64,000 nt of DNA from Sphingomonadales bacterium (GCA_028868195.1 JAGWUZ010000007.1:27145-91144); one strand, 5' to 3'. Positions 31,723 to 41,878 are shown, counted from the stretch's first letter. Translations and numbers: made by a program. Notes: generated by a model from the letters alone, not told the origin.

Positions 31723-32109
31723 CTAGGTGTCTTCCAGCTCCGCGGCCATCTTCTGCCAGAGCATGTTGATGGCCTTCAGCGGGCGCACCATAACCTTGAA
31801 GTCGGCGATTCGGCCTTCGAGGTCGAAGCGTATGAGGTCGATGCCGTTGACCTTGATCCCGTCGATCTCGGCGACGAATTCGAGGCAGGCCTCAGGCCCG
31901 TCGACCAGTTCGCGCACATAGGCGAAGCCGGTGTCGGCGAACACGCGAGAAGCGGCGCCGAGGTAGAGCATGACGTTTTCACGCCCCTCCTGCGGGGTGT
32001 GGACGACCGGCGAGTGGAAAACCGCGTCGGGCGCGATCAGTTCTTCCATCACCTCGTCGGGACAGCCATCGGCCATCGCACGGTGCCAGGCGGCAAGGCC
32101 CAGTTTCAT
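31723..32109 (-). CDS. NTF2-like / SnoaL-like protein
   Basis: IAPDAVFHSPVVHTPQEGR, LEFVAEIDGIKVNGIDLIRFD, FKVMVRPLKA. Confidence 0.85.
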   Translation of the reverse strand: MKLGLAAWHRAMADGCPDEVMEELIAPDAVFHSPVVHTPQEGRENVMLYLGAASRVFADTGFAYVRELVDGPEACLEFVAEIDGIKVNGIDLIRFDLEGRIADFKVMVRPLKAINMLWQKMAAELEDT

Positions 32110-32142
32110 CGACGCACTCCCTTCGTTCGCATCTCCAGCCGC

Positions 32143-33759
32143 TCAGGCGCTTCGCCTGAACGTATCGGCCCGCGCCATCGCCCAGTATCGGCCGAGGCGG
32201 GTGGAACCGGGATCGTCGAGAAGCTGGCCTTCGTCAAGGAACCCGTAGATCCGGTCCACCGGGTCCGACCGTGCCGAACTAACGCGCCGCATCAATTGAT
32301 CGGGCGCAATCTGCCAGGGATTGTCGAGCCCCATGGCCACCACGATCTCGCGTAGCGCGGCGAGCGTGTGGCGCTGGAAGCGTGTGACCCGCGCCGCCTT
32401 GTCCCCGACCACCAGCCCGCGCTGGCGCAGGGGGTCCTGCGTGGCGATGCCGGTGGGGCAGGCGCCGGTGTGGCATTTCATCGACTGCACGCAGCCCAGC
32501 GCGAACATGAAGGCGCGCGCGGCGTTGCACCAGTCGGCGCCGAGCGCGAAGTTCATCGCGAGGCCGGCGCCCGAATGGACCTTGCCCGAAGCGCCGAGCC
32601 GCACGTGCTGCTTGAGCCGCGTGCCCACCAGCGCGTTGCGCGCGAGGATCAGGCCTTCGCGCAGCGGCATTCCGACCGAGTTCGACAGCTCGACCGGCGC
32701 GGCTCCGGTGCCGCCCTCGGCCCCGTCGATGACGAGGAAATCGAGCAGGATGCCCGTTTCGAGCATGGCCTTCATCACCGCGAGAAACTCGTGCGGTTGG
32801 CCGATGCACAGCTTCGCGCCGACCGGCTTGCCGCCCGACAGCTCGCGCAGCTTCGCCGCCCATTCGACGAGGCCGACAGGGGTAGAGAAGGTCGAGTGCG
32901 CCGCCGGGCTGACGCAGTCTTCGCCCTGCGGCACCCTGCGCGTCTCGGCGATCTCCCTGGTGACCTTGGCGCCGGGCAGAACGCCGCCGTGGCCCGGCTT
33001 GGCGCCCTGGCTGAGCTTGATCTCGACCATCTTCACCTGGTCGGACTGCGCGGTCTCGGCAAACAGCGCGGCGTCGAAATTGCCGTGTCTGTCGCGGCAG
33101 CCGAAATAGCCGCTGCCGATTTCCCAGATAATGTCGCCGCCGTGCTTGCGGTGATAGGGCGAGAGGCCGCCTTCACCGGTGTCGTGCGCGAAACCGCCGT
33201 TTTTCGCCCCGAGGTTGAGCGCCTCGATCGCGTTGCCCGACAGCGAGCCGAAGCTCATCGCCGAGACGTTGAGCAGCGCCGACGGGTAGGGATTGGCACA
33301 CTGCGGCCCGCCGATGCCGAGCCGCCATTCCTCGGGCGCGGCCGCATTGGGCGCGATCGAGTGGCCCAGCCAGTCGTATTCCTCCGAATAGACGTCGAGT
33401 TCGGTGCCGAACGGGTGAGCGTCGAGCGCGCCGCTGGCGCGAGCATAGATCAGTTCCCGCTGGTCGTGGTTGAACGGCGTACCCTCAAGGTCGCCCTCGA
33501 CAATATAGGCGCGCGCGAAGGGCCTGAGGTCCTCCATCGCCCAGCGTAACCGCGCCAGCAGCGGATAGTTGCGCCGCAGCGAGTGACGGGTCTGGAAGAA
33601 ATCCCACAGCGCCAGGGCGAGCAGCGGCACCAGCCCGACCAGCGTCCAGCGCGCCGGCGCCCATGCCGCCGCGCCCAGCGCGAGCGCCAGCAGCACGACC
33701 GGCGCGCCGAACCGCCCCGTGAAGTCGAGAGGGTTCGGCAGCCGGTAAGTGGGGATCAT
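32143..33759 (-). CDS. Stand-alone FMN-binding glutamate synthase-family protein
   Basis: Two N-terminal TM helices; SAMSFGSLS, HDTGEGG, EIKLSQGAKPGHGG, IDGAEGGTGAAP, CVQSMKCHTGACPTGIATQD. Confidence 0.9.
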   Translation of the reverse strand: MIPTYRLPNPLDFTGRFGAPVVLLALALGAAAWAPARWTLVGLVPLLALALWDFFQTRHSLRRNYPLLARLRWAMEDLRPFARAYIVEGDLEGTPFNHDQRELIYARASGALDAHPFGTELDVYSEEYDWLGHSIAPNAAAPEEWRLGIGGPQCANPYPSALLNVSAMSFGSLSGNAIEALNLGAKNGGFAHDTGEGGLSPYHRKHGGDIIWEIGSGYFGCRDRHGNFDAALFAETAQSDQVKMVEIKLSQGAKPGHGGVLPGAKVTREIAETRRVPQGEDCVSPAAHSTFSTPVGLVEWAAKLRELSGGKPVGAKLCIGQPHEFLAVMKAMLETGILLDFLVIDGAEGGTGAAPVELSNSVGMPLREGLILARNALVGTRLKQHVRLGASGKVHSGAGLAMNFALGADWCNAARAFMFALGCVQSMKCHTGACPTGIATQDPLRQRGLVVGDKAARVTRFQRHTLAALREIVVAMGLDNPWQIAPDQLMRRVSSARSDPVDRIYGFLDEGQLLDDPGSTRLGRYWAMARADTFRRSA

Positions 33760-33771
33760 GTCGCCACGGCC

Positions 33772-34467
33772 TCAGCAGAGGTTCGCGGCGAAGAACGCGC
33801 GGGTGCGGCCGTCGGCGAGCTGCGCGCCAGCTTCGTCGCGGCGGTCGCCAAACTCGGTCGCGAAGCCGTGGTCGAGCCCGGCGTAGTCGTGCAGCGTAAC
33901 GTGAGGGTTGGGGCCGAGCCCCTCGTGCATGGCTTTCTGCGCGTCGGGGCCGACGAAATGGTCCGCCGTGGGAATGTGGAGCATCAGCGGCCTGGCGATC
34001 GCGTGGCTCTCGCCCAGCATCTGGTCGATCATCACGCCGTAATAGCCGACCGAGCACGAGATGTCGGTGCGCGTCGCGGCCATGTAGGCCATGCGCCCGC
34101 CCAGGCAGTAGCCGACGAGCCCGACTTTCTCCACACCCTTGTCGCGGCGAATCCAGTGGATCAGCGCCTCGATGTCCTTGACGCCGAGGTCCGCGTCGTA
34201 TTGCCCGAAGTAGCCGAAGGCTTCCTGCATCTCGGCCTCGACGTCGGGGTTGAGTTCCACTCCAGGAGCGAAGCGCCAGAAGATGTCGGGCGCGACCGCG
34301 AGGTATCCATCGGCGGCAAGGCTGTCGCACTTGCTGCGGATGCCCGCGTTGACGCCGAAGATTTCGGGGATGACGATGATCGCCGCCTTCGCGTCCGCCC
34401 CGCCGGCGGCATAGGCCGGAATCTGTCCCTCACCGTCCAATGCGGGAAACCTGGTCATTTCGCCCAT
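33772..34467 (-). CDS. Dienelactone hydrolase-family protein
   Basis: IPEIFGVN, GLVGYCLGG nucleophile, DHFV, YAGLDHGF. Confidence 0.93.
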   Translation of the reverse strand: MGEMTRFPALDGEGQIPAYAAGGADAKAAIIVIPEIFGVNAGIRSKCDSLAADGYLAVAPDIFWRFAPGVELNPDVEAEMQEAFGYFGQYDADLGVKDIEALIHWIRRDKGVEKVGLVGYCLGGRMAYMAATRTDISCSVGYYGVMIDQMLGESHAIARPLMLHIPTADHFVGPDAQKAMHEGLGPNPHVTLHDYAGLDHGFATEFGDRRDEAGAQLADGRTRAFFAANLC

Positions 34468-34603
34468 GTCGCTGGTCCTCTCGTTGTGTGTGCCTGGTCG
34501 AACGCCAGATTGGCGGCAGGCGTGGACTTTGCCAAGCGTGCGTGACAGTCTGCCGAAATTCCCGGAGCAGCAATGCCCGGACGCGAGGAAAGGTTTCTTG
34601 CCG

Positions 34604-34873
34604 ATGAAGGTCAATGTCGAAATCGATTGCACGCCCGAGGAGGCGCGGCGGTTCCTCGGCCTTCCCGACGTGTCGAAGGCGAACGATGTCTATGTCGACG
34701 CGATCAGCAACGCGATGAAGGGCGTGACGAGCGTTGACCAGCTCCAGGGCATGGCCAAGCAACTCGCGCCGATGGGCGAGATCGGATTGAAGCTTTTCCA
34801 GAACTTCATCGAACAGGGTGCGGGCGCGGCGATGGCCGGGTTCAACGCAGCGAACAAGAAGAAGGGCGACTGA
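34604..34873 (+). CDS. Small conserved protein (DUF6489-like)
   Basis: MKVNVEIDCTPEEARRFLGLPDV; RBS GGAAAGG. Confidence 0.8.
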   Translation: MKVNVEIDCTPEEARRFLGLPDVSKANDVYVDAISNAMKGVTSVDQLQGMAKQLAPMGEIGLKLFQNFIEQGAGAAMAGFNAANKKKGD

Positions 34874-34911
34874 TCCTCGCGCTTTTCCCGCCACGCGGCT
34901 AAGGCGGGCGG

Positions 34912-36198
34912 ATGACCGACACCATTTTCGCGCTGTCCTCGGGCGCGCCTCCGGCGGGCGTGGCGGTGCTGCGCGTGAGCGGCGCGCGGGCAAGCGAAGC
35001 GCTGGCGGCGCTGGCCGGGACGCTGCCGAAGTCGCGCCGCGCGACTCTGCGCGTGCTGCGCGATGGCGACGGGGTGGAGCTCGACCGCGCGCTCGTGCTG
35101 TGGCTGCCGGGCCCCGGCACCGCGACGGGCGAGGACTGCGCCGAGCTCCACCTGCACGGCGGCCGTGCCGTCATTGCGGCGGTCGAGGCGGCGCTAGCGG
35201 CGCTGCCCGGCCTGCGCCGCGCCGAGCCGGGCGAGTTCACCCGTCGCGCCTTCGCCAATGGGGTGATCGACTTGGCCGAGGCCGAGGGGCTCGCCGACCT
35301 GCTCTCCGCCGAAACCGAGTTGCAGCGCCGCGCCGCGCTGGCAATGGCGGGCGGGGCGCTGTCGCGCGAGGTCGAGCGCTGGCGCGAAGGCGTGCTGCGG
35401 CTGTCGGCAAGGATCGAGGCGGCGCTCGATTTCTCCGACGAGGGCGAAGTGGGGGACGCGCTGCCCGACGGCTTCGGCGCGGAATGCTCCGCGCTGGCCG
35501 GGGAAATGGAGCAATGGCTTGCCCGCCCGCGCGCGGAACCGCTGCGCGAGGGCTTCCGGGTGGTTCTGGCAGGGCCGCCGAATGCCGGAAAATCTACCTT
35601 ATTCAATGCCTTGATTGAAAGGGAGGCCGCGATCACCGCCGCCGAGCCGGGCACTACGCGCGACGTTCTGGCGTCCTCGGTCGCGCTCGATGGCCTGCCC
35701 TTCACGTTCGTCGACACCGCCGGCCTGCGCGACGAGGGTGCGGGCGAGATCGAGCGGATCGGCATCGCCCGCGCGCTCGCGGCGACCGGGGACGCCGACC
35801 TCGTGCTGTGGCTCGGGCCTGAAGGGCAGGGTCCGCAGGGACGTCCGCTTTGGGAGATCGCCGCGCAGTCCGACCGCTCCGACCTTTCGGCCAAGGCCGG
35901 TCCCGCGCACCGCGTTTCGGCGCGGACGGGGGAAGGCGTGGTGGCACTTCGCGGCGCATTGGTCGAGCATGCCCGCACCGCGCTTCCCGCGCCGGGTGAG
36001 GCCGCGCTCAACCGGCGCCAGCACTGGCTGCTCGGCGAATGCCGCACGGGGCTCGCCGCCGCCGCGCGCCAGTCCGACCCGCTGCTTGCCGCAGAGGACC
36101 TGCGTTACGCGCGTGCAGCGCTGGATCGGTTGACCGGGCGTGCGGGAACCGAGGACATGCTCGACGCGCTGTTCGGGCGATTCTGCATCGGGAAGTGA
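34912..36198 (+). CDS. mnmE: tRNA uridine-5-carboxymethylaminomethyl(34) synthesis GTPase
   Basis: DTIFALSSG, TGEDCAELHLHGG, AEPGEFTRRAF, GPPNAGKSTLFN, GTTRD, DTAGLR, FCIGK C-terminus. Confidence 0.97.
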   Translation: MTDTIFALSSGAPPAGVAVLRVSGARASEALAALAGTLPKSRRATLRVLRDGDGVELDRALVLWLPGPGTATGEDCAELHLHGGRAVIAAVEAALAALPGLRRAEPGEFTRRAFANGVIDLAEAEGLADLLSAETELQRRAALAMAGGALSREVERWREGVLRLSARIEAALDFSDEGEVGDALPDGFGAECSALAGEMEQWLARPRAEPLREGFRVVLAGPPNAGKSTLFNALIEREAAITAAEPGTTRDVLASSVALDGLPFTFVDTAGLRDEGAGEIERIGIARALAATGDADLVLWLGPEGQGPQGRPLWEIAAQSDRSDLSAKAGPAHRVSARTGEGVVALRGALVEHARTALPAPGEAALNRRQHWLLGECRTGLAAAARQSDPLLAAEDLRYARAALDRLTGRAGTEDMLDALFGRFCIGK

Positions 36199-36207
36199 TC
36201 GCGCAAC

Positions 36208-36223
36208 TGTTCCACGTGAAACA
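36208..36223. promoter_or_regulatory. parS: parS site 1 (TGTTCCACGTGAAACA)
   Basis: One mismatch to TGTTTCACGTGAAACA; intergenic between mnmE and mnmG. Confidence 0.92.
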
Positions 36224-36232
36224 CCGAAGCTT

Positions 36233-36261
36233 TTGACGCGAATCCGGCGCTCCTGTATCGG
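36233..36261 (+). promoter_or_regulatory. Sigma70-type promoter for mnmG-rsmG-parA-parB
   Basis: TTGACG-N17-TATCGG, 9 nt downstream of parS site 1. Confidence 0.55.
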
Positions 36262-36269
36262 CGCGCCAT

Positions 36270-38117
36270 ATGCAGGAATTCGATGTCATCGTGGTGGGCG
36301 GCGGCCATGCCGGGTGCGAGGCGGCGGCGGTCGCCGCGCGCATGGGCGCGGCCACCGCGCTGGTCAGCTTCGACCCCGCGACGATCGGCGCGATGAGCTG
36401 CAACCCGGCGATCGGCGGGCTGGGCAAGGGGCACCTCGTGCGCGAGGTCGATGCCTTCGACGGGCTGATCGCGCGCGCCGCCGATGCCGCCGCGATCCAC
36501 TACCGCATGCTCAACCGCTCGAAGGGCAGCGCTGTGCAGGGACCGCGCGTCCAGGCCGATCGCAAGCTGTTCAAGGCGGCGATCCAGCGCATGATCGCCG
36601 CGCAGGACGGTCTGACCGTTGTGCCCGGCGAAGTCGCCGCGCTACGTCTCTCCGGTGGCCGCGTGACCGGCGTCGATCTGGGCGACGGTACCGCGCTCGC
36701 GGCAAGGGCGGTCGTGCTGTGTACCGGGACCTTCCTCGGCGGGCGGCTGTTCCGCGGCGAGGAGCGAATGGAGGGCGGGCGTATCGGCGAAGCCTCGGCG
36801 CACCGTCTGGCCGTGCAGCTGCGCGATGCCGACCTGCCGATGGCGCGCTTGAAGACCGGCACGCCGCCCCGGCTCGACGGGCGCACCATCGACTGGGCGC
36901 GCCTGCCCGAACAGCCGAGCGACGCCGAGCCTTGGACCATGTCGGCGCTCACGGTCGCGCGGCCGCAGCCTCAGGTGTTCTGCGCCATCGCCCGGACCAA
37001 CGCCCACACGCACGAGATCGTCCGTGGCGGGCTTGACCGCTCGCCATTGTTCTCTGGCGCGATCGGCGCGCAGGGGCCGCGCTATTGCCCCTCGATCGAG
37101 GACAAGATCCACCGCTTCGGCGACCGCGACGGGCACCAGGTGTTCCTCGAACCCGAGGGGCTCGACGACTTTACAGTCTATCCGAACGGCGTTTCGACCT
37201 CGCTGCCGACCGATGTGCAGCACGCGATGATGCGTTCGATCGAGGGGCTCGAGCAGGTCGAGCTCACCGTGCCGGGCTATGCGGTGGAGTACGACCACAT
37301 CGATCCGCGCGCGCTGAGCCGGGGGCTCGAGGTCAAGGCCTTGCCGGGGTTGCACTGTGCTGGGCAGATCAACGGGACGACCGGATACGAGGAAGCCGCC
37401 GCGCAGGGGCTTGTCGCCGGGATGCATGCGGCGGCGGCGGCGTCGGGCCAGGCGCCCGCCGAACTTGACCGGGCTTCCAGCTACATCGCGGTGATGATCG
37501 ACGATCTGACGCTGCATGGGATTAGCGAACCCTACCGCATGCTCACCGCACGCGCGGAGTACCGCTTGCGGCTTCGCGCCAACAACGCCTCGACGCGGCT
37601 TACCCCGCTGGCCATCGCGGCAGGCTGCGTCGGCGCTCAGCGGCGCGCCTGGTTCGAGGCGCGGCAGGAGGCGCGGGCGCGGGCCCATGACGGGCTGGCG
37701 AGCGAGGTCTCGTCGGGGGACTTGGCAGGGCAGGGCCTAACGGTTCGCGCCGACGGCTCGCGCCGCCCGCTCGGCGAATGGCTGCGTTTCCCCGAAGTCT
37801 CGCTCCAGGCGCTGCGCCCGTGGCTCGACGATGCCGTGCCGGAGGATCCGGAGCTGATCGAGGAGATCGAGGAGGACGCGGCCTATGCGCCCTACCTCGC
37901 GCGGCAGGAGGCCGAGCTGCGCGACTTGCGCGCGAGCGAGGCGGTGCCGCTGGGCGAGGACTTTCCCTATGGCGATGTGCCCGGCCTGTCGCGCGAAATG
38001 GTCGAGCGGCTTTCGGCTTCGCGTCCCGATACGCTGGCGGCGGCGGCGCGCGTGGCGGGGATCACCCCGGCGGCGCTCGCCAGCCTGCTGGTCCACGCGC
38101 GGCGGCGCGCGGCATGA
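36270..38117 (+). CDS. mnmG: tRNA modification enzyme MnmG (GidA)
   Basis: [78 protein letters not shown]. Confidence 0.98.
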   Translation: MQEFDVIVVGGGHAGCEAAAVAARMGAATALVSFDPATIGAMSCNPAIGGLGKGHLVREVDAFDGLIARAADAAAIHYRMLNRSKGSAVQGPRVQADRKLFKAAIQRMIAAQDGLTVVPGEVAALRLSGGRVTGVDLGDGTALAARAVVLCTGTFLGGRLFRGEERMEGGRIGEASAHRLAVQLRDADLPMARLKTGTPPRLDGRTIDWARLPEQPSDAEPWTMSALTVARPQPQVFCAIARTNAHTHEIVRGGLDRSPLFSGAIGAQGPRYCPSIEDKIHRFGDRDGHQVFLEPEGLDDFTVYPNGVSTSLPTDVQHAMMRSIEGLEQVELTVPGYAVEYDHIDPRALSRGLEVKALPGLHCAGQINGTTGYEEAAAQGLVAGMHAAAAASGQAPAELDRASSYIAVMIDDLTLHGISEPYRMLTARAEYRLRLRANNASTRLTPLAIAAGCVGAQRRAWFEARQEARARAHDGLASEVSSGDLAGQGLTVRADGSRRPLGEWLRFPEVSLQALRPWLDDAVPEDPELIEEIEEDAAYAPYLARQEAELRDLRASEAVPLGEDFPYGDVPGLSREMVERLSASRPDTLAAAARVAGITPAALASLLVHARRRAA

Positions 38118-38788
38118 CCGAGGACGAGGCCAGGGCCTGGCTGCGCGACGTGGCGGGAGCCGATGCGCAGGCGATGGAACGGCTTGACCTGCTCACGCAC
38201 ATGCTGGTGGTCGAGAATGACCAGCAGAATCTCGTTTCGCGGGGCACGCTCGACTCGGTGTGGAGCCGCCACGTGGTCGATTCGGCGCAGCTGCTCACTG
38301 TTCCACGTGAAACATTGCCCGAGGGCGACTGGCTCGATCTCGGCACCGGGGCGGGCTTTCCCGGCCTGGTGATCGCCGCGCTGCAACCGGCGCGCAGCGT
38401 GACGATGGTCGATTCGCGCCGCCTGCGCACCGAGTGGCTCGAACGCGCCGCCGGGGCGATGGGGCTGGCCAATGCGAGAATTGTCCTGTCCAGAGTGGAG
38501 GACCTGCCGGACGCCAAATTCAGCGTCATTTCGGCACGCGCGTTTGCTCCATTGGAACGACTGCTCGGGATATCCATCCGTTTTTCCACACCGCACACCC
38601 TGTGGCTGTTGCCCAAGGGTGCGAAAGCCCGGCATGAAGTCGACATGCTTCCGAAAAACTGGCGACATACGTTCCACGTGGAACAATCGCTGACCGATTC
38701 GGCGGCGGGCGTCATCGTCGGCCGCGTTGCCGGTCCGGCAAATCCGCACTGCGCGGATGCACTTCGTCAACGAAAGAAGGGCCGATGA
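38114..38788 (+). CDS. rsmG: 16S rRNA m7G527 methyltransferase (GidB)
   Basis: [37 protein letters not shown]; ATGA overlap with mnmG. Confidence 0.95.
   Translation: MTEDEARAWLRDVAGADAQAMERLDLLTHMLVVENDQQNLVSRGTLDSVWSRHVVDSAQLLTVPRETLPEGDWLDLGTGAGFPGLVIAALQPARSVTMVDSRRLRTEWLERAAGAMGLANARIVLSRVEDLPDAKFSVISARAFAPLERLLGISIRFSTPHTLWLLPKGAKARHEVDMLPKNWRHTFHVEQSLTDSAAGVIVGRVAGPANPHCADALRQRKKGR
38299..38314. promoter_or_regulatory. parS: parS site 2, inside rsmG (TGTTCCACGTGAAACA)
   Basis: Identical to site 1; encodes TVPRET in RsmG. Confidence 0.9.
38670..38685. promoter_or_regulatory. parS: parS site 3, inside rsmG (CGTTCCACGTGGAACA)
   Basis: 14-bp perfect palindrome core GTTCCACGTGGAAC; encodes TFHVEQ in RsmG. 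Confidence 0.9.
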
Positions 38789-39561
38789 TCACTGTCGCCG
38801 TTGCCAACCAGAAGGGTGGAGTGGGCAAGACCACCACCGCGATCAACATCAGCACCGCGCTCGCCGCGACCGGCTGGAAGGTGTTGCTGGTGGATCTCGA
38901 CCCGCAGGGAAACGCCTCGACCGGGCTCGGCGTCTCCTCCGGCGAGCGGGAGCGGTCGAGCTACGAGATGCTGATCGACGGTACGGGCGTGGCCCAGTGC
39001 GCGATGCCGACGCGGATTCCCGGGCTCGACATCGTTCCCGCGACGGTCGACCTGTCGGGGGCCGAAGTCGAACTGGTCAGCGTCGAGGACCGCACCGGAC
39101 GGCTGCGTGAAGCGCTCGACCAGGATGCCGGACACGACATCTGCCTGATCGACTGCCCACCTTCGCTCGGCCTGCTTACGCTGAACGCGCTGACCGCCGC
39201 CGACACGCTGCTGGTTCCGCTGCAGTGCGAATTCTTCGCGCTCGAGGGCCTGTCGCAGTTGCTGCAGACGGTCGAGCGGGTGCAGGAGCGCTTCAACCCC
39301 GATCTCGGCATCCTCGGCATCGTCCTGACGATGTTCGACCGCCGCAATCGCCTGACCGACCAGGTCTCGGACGATGTGCGCTCGTGCCTGGGCGAACTGG
39401 TGTTCGAATCGGTCATCCCGCGCAACGTGCGCCTGTCCGAAGCGCCGAGCCACGGGCTGCCCGCGCTGGTCTATGACCACACCTGCGCCGGATCGAAGGC
39501 CTACATGGCGCTGGCACGCGAACTGATCGTGCGCCTGCCCGAAAGAAGGAAAGCCGCATGA
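38785..39561 (+). CDS. parA: Chromosome partitioning ATPase
   Basis: ANQKGGVGKTTT, VDLDPQGNASTG, IDCPPSLGLLT, QCEFFALEG, IPRNVRLSEAPSHG. Confidence 0.97.
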   Translation: MITVAVANQKGGVGKTTTAINISTALAATGWKVLLVDLDPQGNASTGLGVSSGERERSSYEMLIDGTGVAQCAMPTRIPGLDIVPATVDLSGAEVELVSVEDRTGRLREALDQDAGHDICLIDCPPSLGLLTLNALTAADTLLVPLQCEFFALEGLSQLLQTVERVQERFNPDLGILGIVLTMFDRRNRLTDQVSDDVRSCLGELVFESVIPRNVRLSEAPSHGLPALVYDHTCAGSKAYMALARELIVRLPERRKAA

Positions 39562-40520
39562 GCGAGCACACCGACCAGACCGCTCCGGCCAAGCCGTCGC
39601 CCGCGAAGCGCACCGCGCTCGGCCGCGGACTGGGTGCGCTGATGGGCGAGACGCGGCGCGAGGAGCCGCTTGTGCGTATTTCGGCGGGCGATCCCTCGGC
39701 GGCTCCGGCATCGAAATCCGGAAGCATCGCGATGATCCCGGTGGCCGAAATCGAGCCGCACCCGGAGAACCCGCGCCGCCACTTCGACGAGGAAGCGCTC
39801 GACGAACTGGCGCGTTCGATCTCCGCGCGCGGGCTGATCCAGCCGATCGTGGTGCGCCCACTTGGCGGCGGGCACTACCAGCTCGTCGCGGGCGAGCGCC
39901 GCTGGCGCGCCGCGCAGCGCGCGCGGGTCCACGAGATCCCGGCGATCGTGCGCAGGCTCGACGATCGCGAAGTGACCGCGCTGGCGCTGATCGAGAACCT
40001 CCAGCGCGAGGATCTCAACCCGGTCGAGGAAGCGCGCGCCTACCAGAAGCTCTCCGAGCGCGACGGGCTGACCCAGCAGGACATCGCCGATTTCGTCGAC
40101 AAATCGCGCAGCCACGTGGCGAACCTCATGCGCCTGCTGTCGTTGCCTGCCGAAGTGCTCGACATGCTAGAGCGCGACAAGTTGCAGATGGGGCACGCCC
40201 GCGCCATCGCGACGGTTCCCGACCCGGCGGTGCTGGCGCGCCAGATCGTCGCCAAGGGGCTGTCGGTGCGCGAGGCAGAGCGTCTCGCGAAGCGCACCCT
40301 GCGCGGTGATGCCCCGGCGCGGCGCAATGCACGGGCCGGGCGCAACGCGGCAGATTCGGCCGATATCGCGGCGGTCCAGGCGCATCTCGAGGAGTTCCTC
40401 GGGCTCAGGGTCAGGATCGATGCCGATGCCGATCCGCGCTCGGGCTCGGTGACGATCCGCTACAAGACGCTCGATCAACTGGACCTGATCTGTCAGCGGC
40501 TGACCGGTGGCGATATCTGA
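39558..40520 (+). CDS. parB: Chromosome partitioning CTPase
   Basis: LGRGLGAL, NPRRHF, IQPIVVR, LVAGERRWRAA, LIENLQREDLN, KSRSHVANLMRLL. Confidence 0.97.
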   Translation: MSEHTDQTAPAKPSPAKRTALGRGLGALMGETRREEPLVRISAGDPSAAPASKSGSIAMIPVAEIEPHPENPRRHFDEEALDELARSISARGLIQPIVVRPLGGGHYQLVAGERRWRAAQRARVHEIPAIVRRLDDREVTALALIENLQREDLNPVEEARAYQKLSERDGLTQQDIADFVDKSRSHVANLMRLLSLPAEVLDMLERDKLQMGHARAIATVPDPAVLARQIVAKGLSVREAERLAKRTLRGDAPARRNARAGRNAADSADIAAVQAHLEEFLGLRVRIDADADPRSGSVTIRYKTLDQLDLICQRLTGGDI

Positions 40521-40609
40521 CTACATATTGATATCATGGCGTAAGTTCGGGTTTCGTTGACGGCATGAAGTCGTCGTCGGCGCGGCGTTCGGCGCGCTCG
40601 GGTGACGCG

Positions 40610-40629
40610 TTTTAATCGATCGATTAAAA
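40610..40629. promoter_or_regulatory. Perfect 20-bp palindrome TTTTAATCGATCGATTAAAA, candidate operator
   Basis: No loop, AT-rich, 5 nt upstream of TTGACC (40635-40640) of a plausible promoter for the acyl-CoA dehydrogenase. Confidence 0.65.
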
Positions 40630-40698
40630 ACCGTTTGACCCTGCTGCGCGGCACGGCCTATCGCTTGTGCAAGACCACGCAATACGGAGAGTCATGCC

Positions 40699-41853
40699 AT
40701 GTCGCTCGATGCGCTTGCCCGCACCGCCTATGACGAGGACCACGAGGCGTTCCGCCAGACCGTTCGCCGCTTCATGCAGGATGAGATCGCCCCGCACCAG
40801 GCCGAGTGGGCCGAGGCGGGAATCGTGCCCAAGTCGATCTGGCCCAAGGCGGGTGAGCTCGGCCTGCTGTGCCCGACCGTGCCCGAGGCCTATGGCGGGC
40901 TGGGGCTCGACTTCGGCTACAACGCGATCGTCGACGAGGAGAGCGCCTATTACGGCCGCGCCATCACCGGCTTTTCGCTGCAGTCGGACATCGTCGCGAA
41001 CTACATCATCTCGCACGGCTCCGAAGAGCAGAAGGCCAAGTGGCTGCCCATGATGGTCTCGGGCGAGGTGATCACCGCCATCGCGATGACCGAGCCGGGC
41101 ACCGGTTCCGACCTCCAGGGGATGCGCACCACGGCCAGGAAGGATGGCAACCACTACGTTATCAATGGATCGAAGACCTACATCACCAACGGCCAGAACG
41201 CCGACCTGATCCTGGTATGCTGCAAGACCGACACCGGGATCGAGCCCAAGTGGAAGGGCGTGTCGATCGTGCTGGTCGAAGCCGACCGCGAAGGCTTCAA
41301 GCGGGGGCGCAACCTCGACAAGATCGGGCAGGACGAGGCCGACACTTCCGAGCTGTTCTTCGAAGACGTGCGCGTCCCGATCACCAATTGCCTGGGAGAG
41401 GAAGGCAAGGGTTTCATCTACCTGATGAGCGAACTGCCGCAGGAGCGGCTGTCGATCGCGGTCTCGGCTCAGGCCTCGGCGCAGCGCGCGTTCGACGATA
41501 CGGTCGAGTTCACGCGCGAACGCAAGGCGTTCGGCAAGCCGATCCTCGACTTCCAGAACACGCGCTTCACGCTCGCCGACCTCAAGGCCAAACTCCAGGT
41601 CGGCTGGGCGCACCTCGACTGGGCGCTGGCGCGCCACATGAAGAAGGAACTGACGCCGGAGGAAGGCGCCGCAGCCAAGCTGTGGCACACCGACCTGCAG
41701 TGGGAAGTCATGGACAAGTGCCTCCAGCTCCACGGCGGCGCGGGCTACATGAACGAATACGCCATCGCCCGCGCCTGGCGCGGCGCGCGCGTGACGCGGA
41801 TCTTCGGCGGCACCAATGAGATCATGAAGGAACTGATCGGCCGCAAGCTCTGA
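40699..41853 (+). CDS. Acyl-CoA dehydrogenase (long-chain-like)
   Basis: AIAMTEPGTGSDLQ, INGSKTYITNG, DTSELFF, ELPQERL, RKAFGK, LQLHGGAGYM, RIFGGTNEIMK. Confidence 0.95.
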   Translation: MSLDALARTAYDEDHEAFRQTVRRFMQDEIAPHQAEWAEAGIVPKSIWPKAGELGLLCPTVPEAYGGLGLDFGYNAIVDEESAYYGRAITGFSLQSDIVANYIISHGSEEQKAKWLPMMVSGEVITAIAMTEPGTGSDLQGMRTTARKDGNHYVINGSKTYITNGQNADLILVCCKTDTGIEPKWKGVSIVLVEADREGFKRGRNLDKIGQDEADTSELFFEDVRVPITNCLGEEGKGFIYLMSELPQERLSIAVSAQASAQRAFDDTVEFTRERKAFGKPILDFQNTRFTLADLKAKLQVGWAHLDWALARHMKKELTPEEGAAAKLWHTDLQWEVMDKCLQLHGGAGYMNEYAIARAWRGARVTRIFGGTNEIMKELIGRKL

Positions 41854-41878
41854 CGCGGCGCCGGCCGGCCGAAACGCG

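Noticed and set aside
40612-40627. TTAA-N8-TTAA read as a CtrA site
   Set aside because: Spacing is 8, not 7; better explained as part of the 20-bp palindrome.
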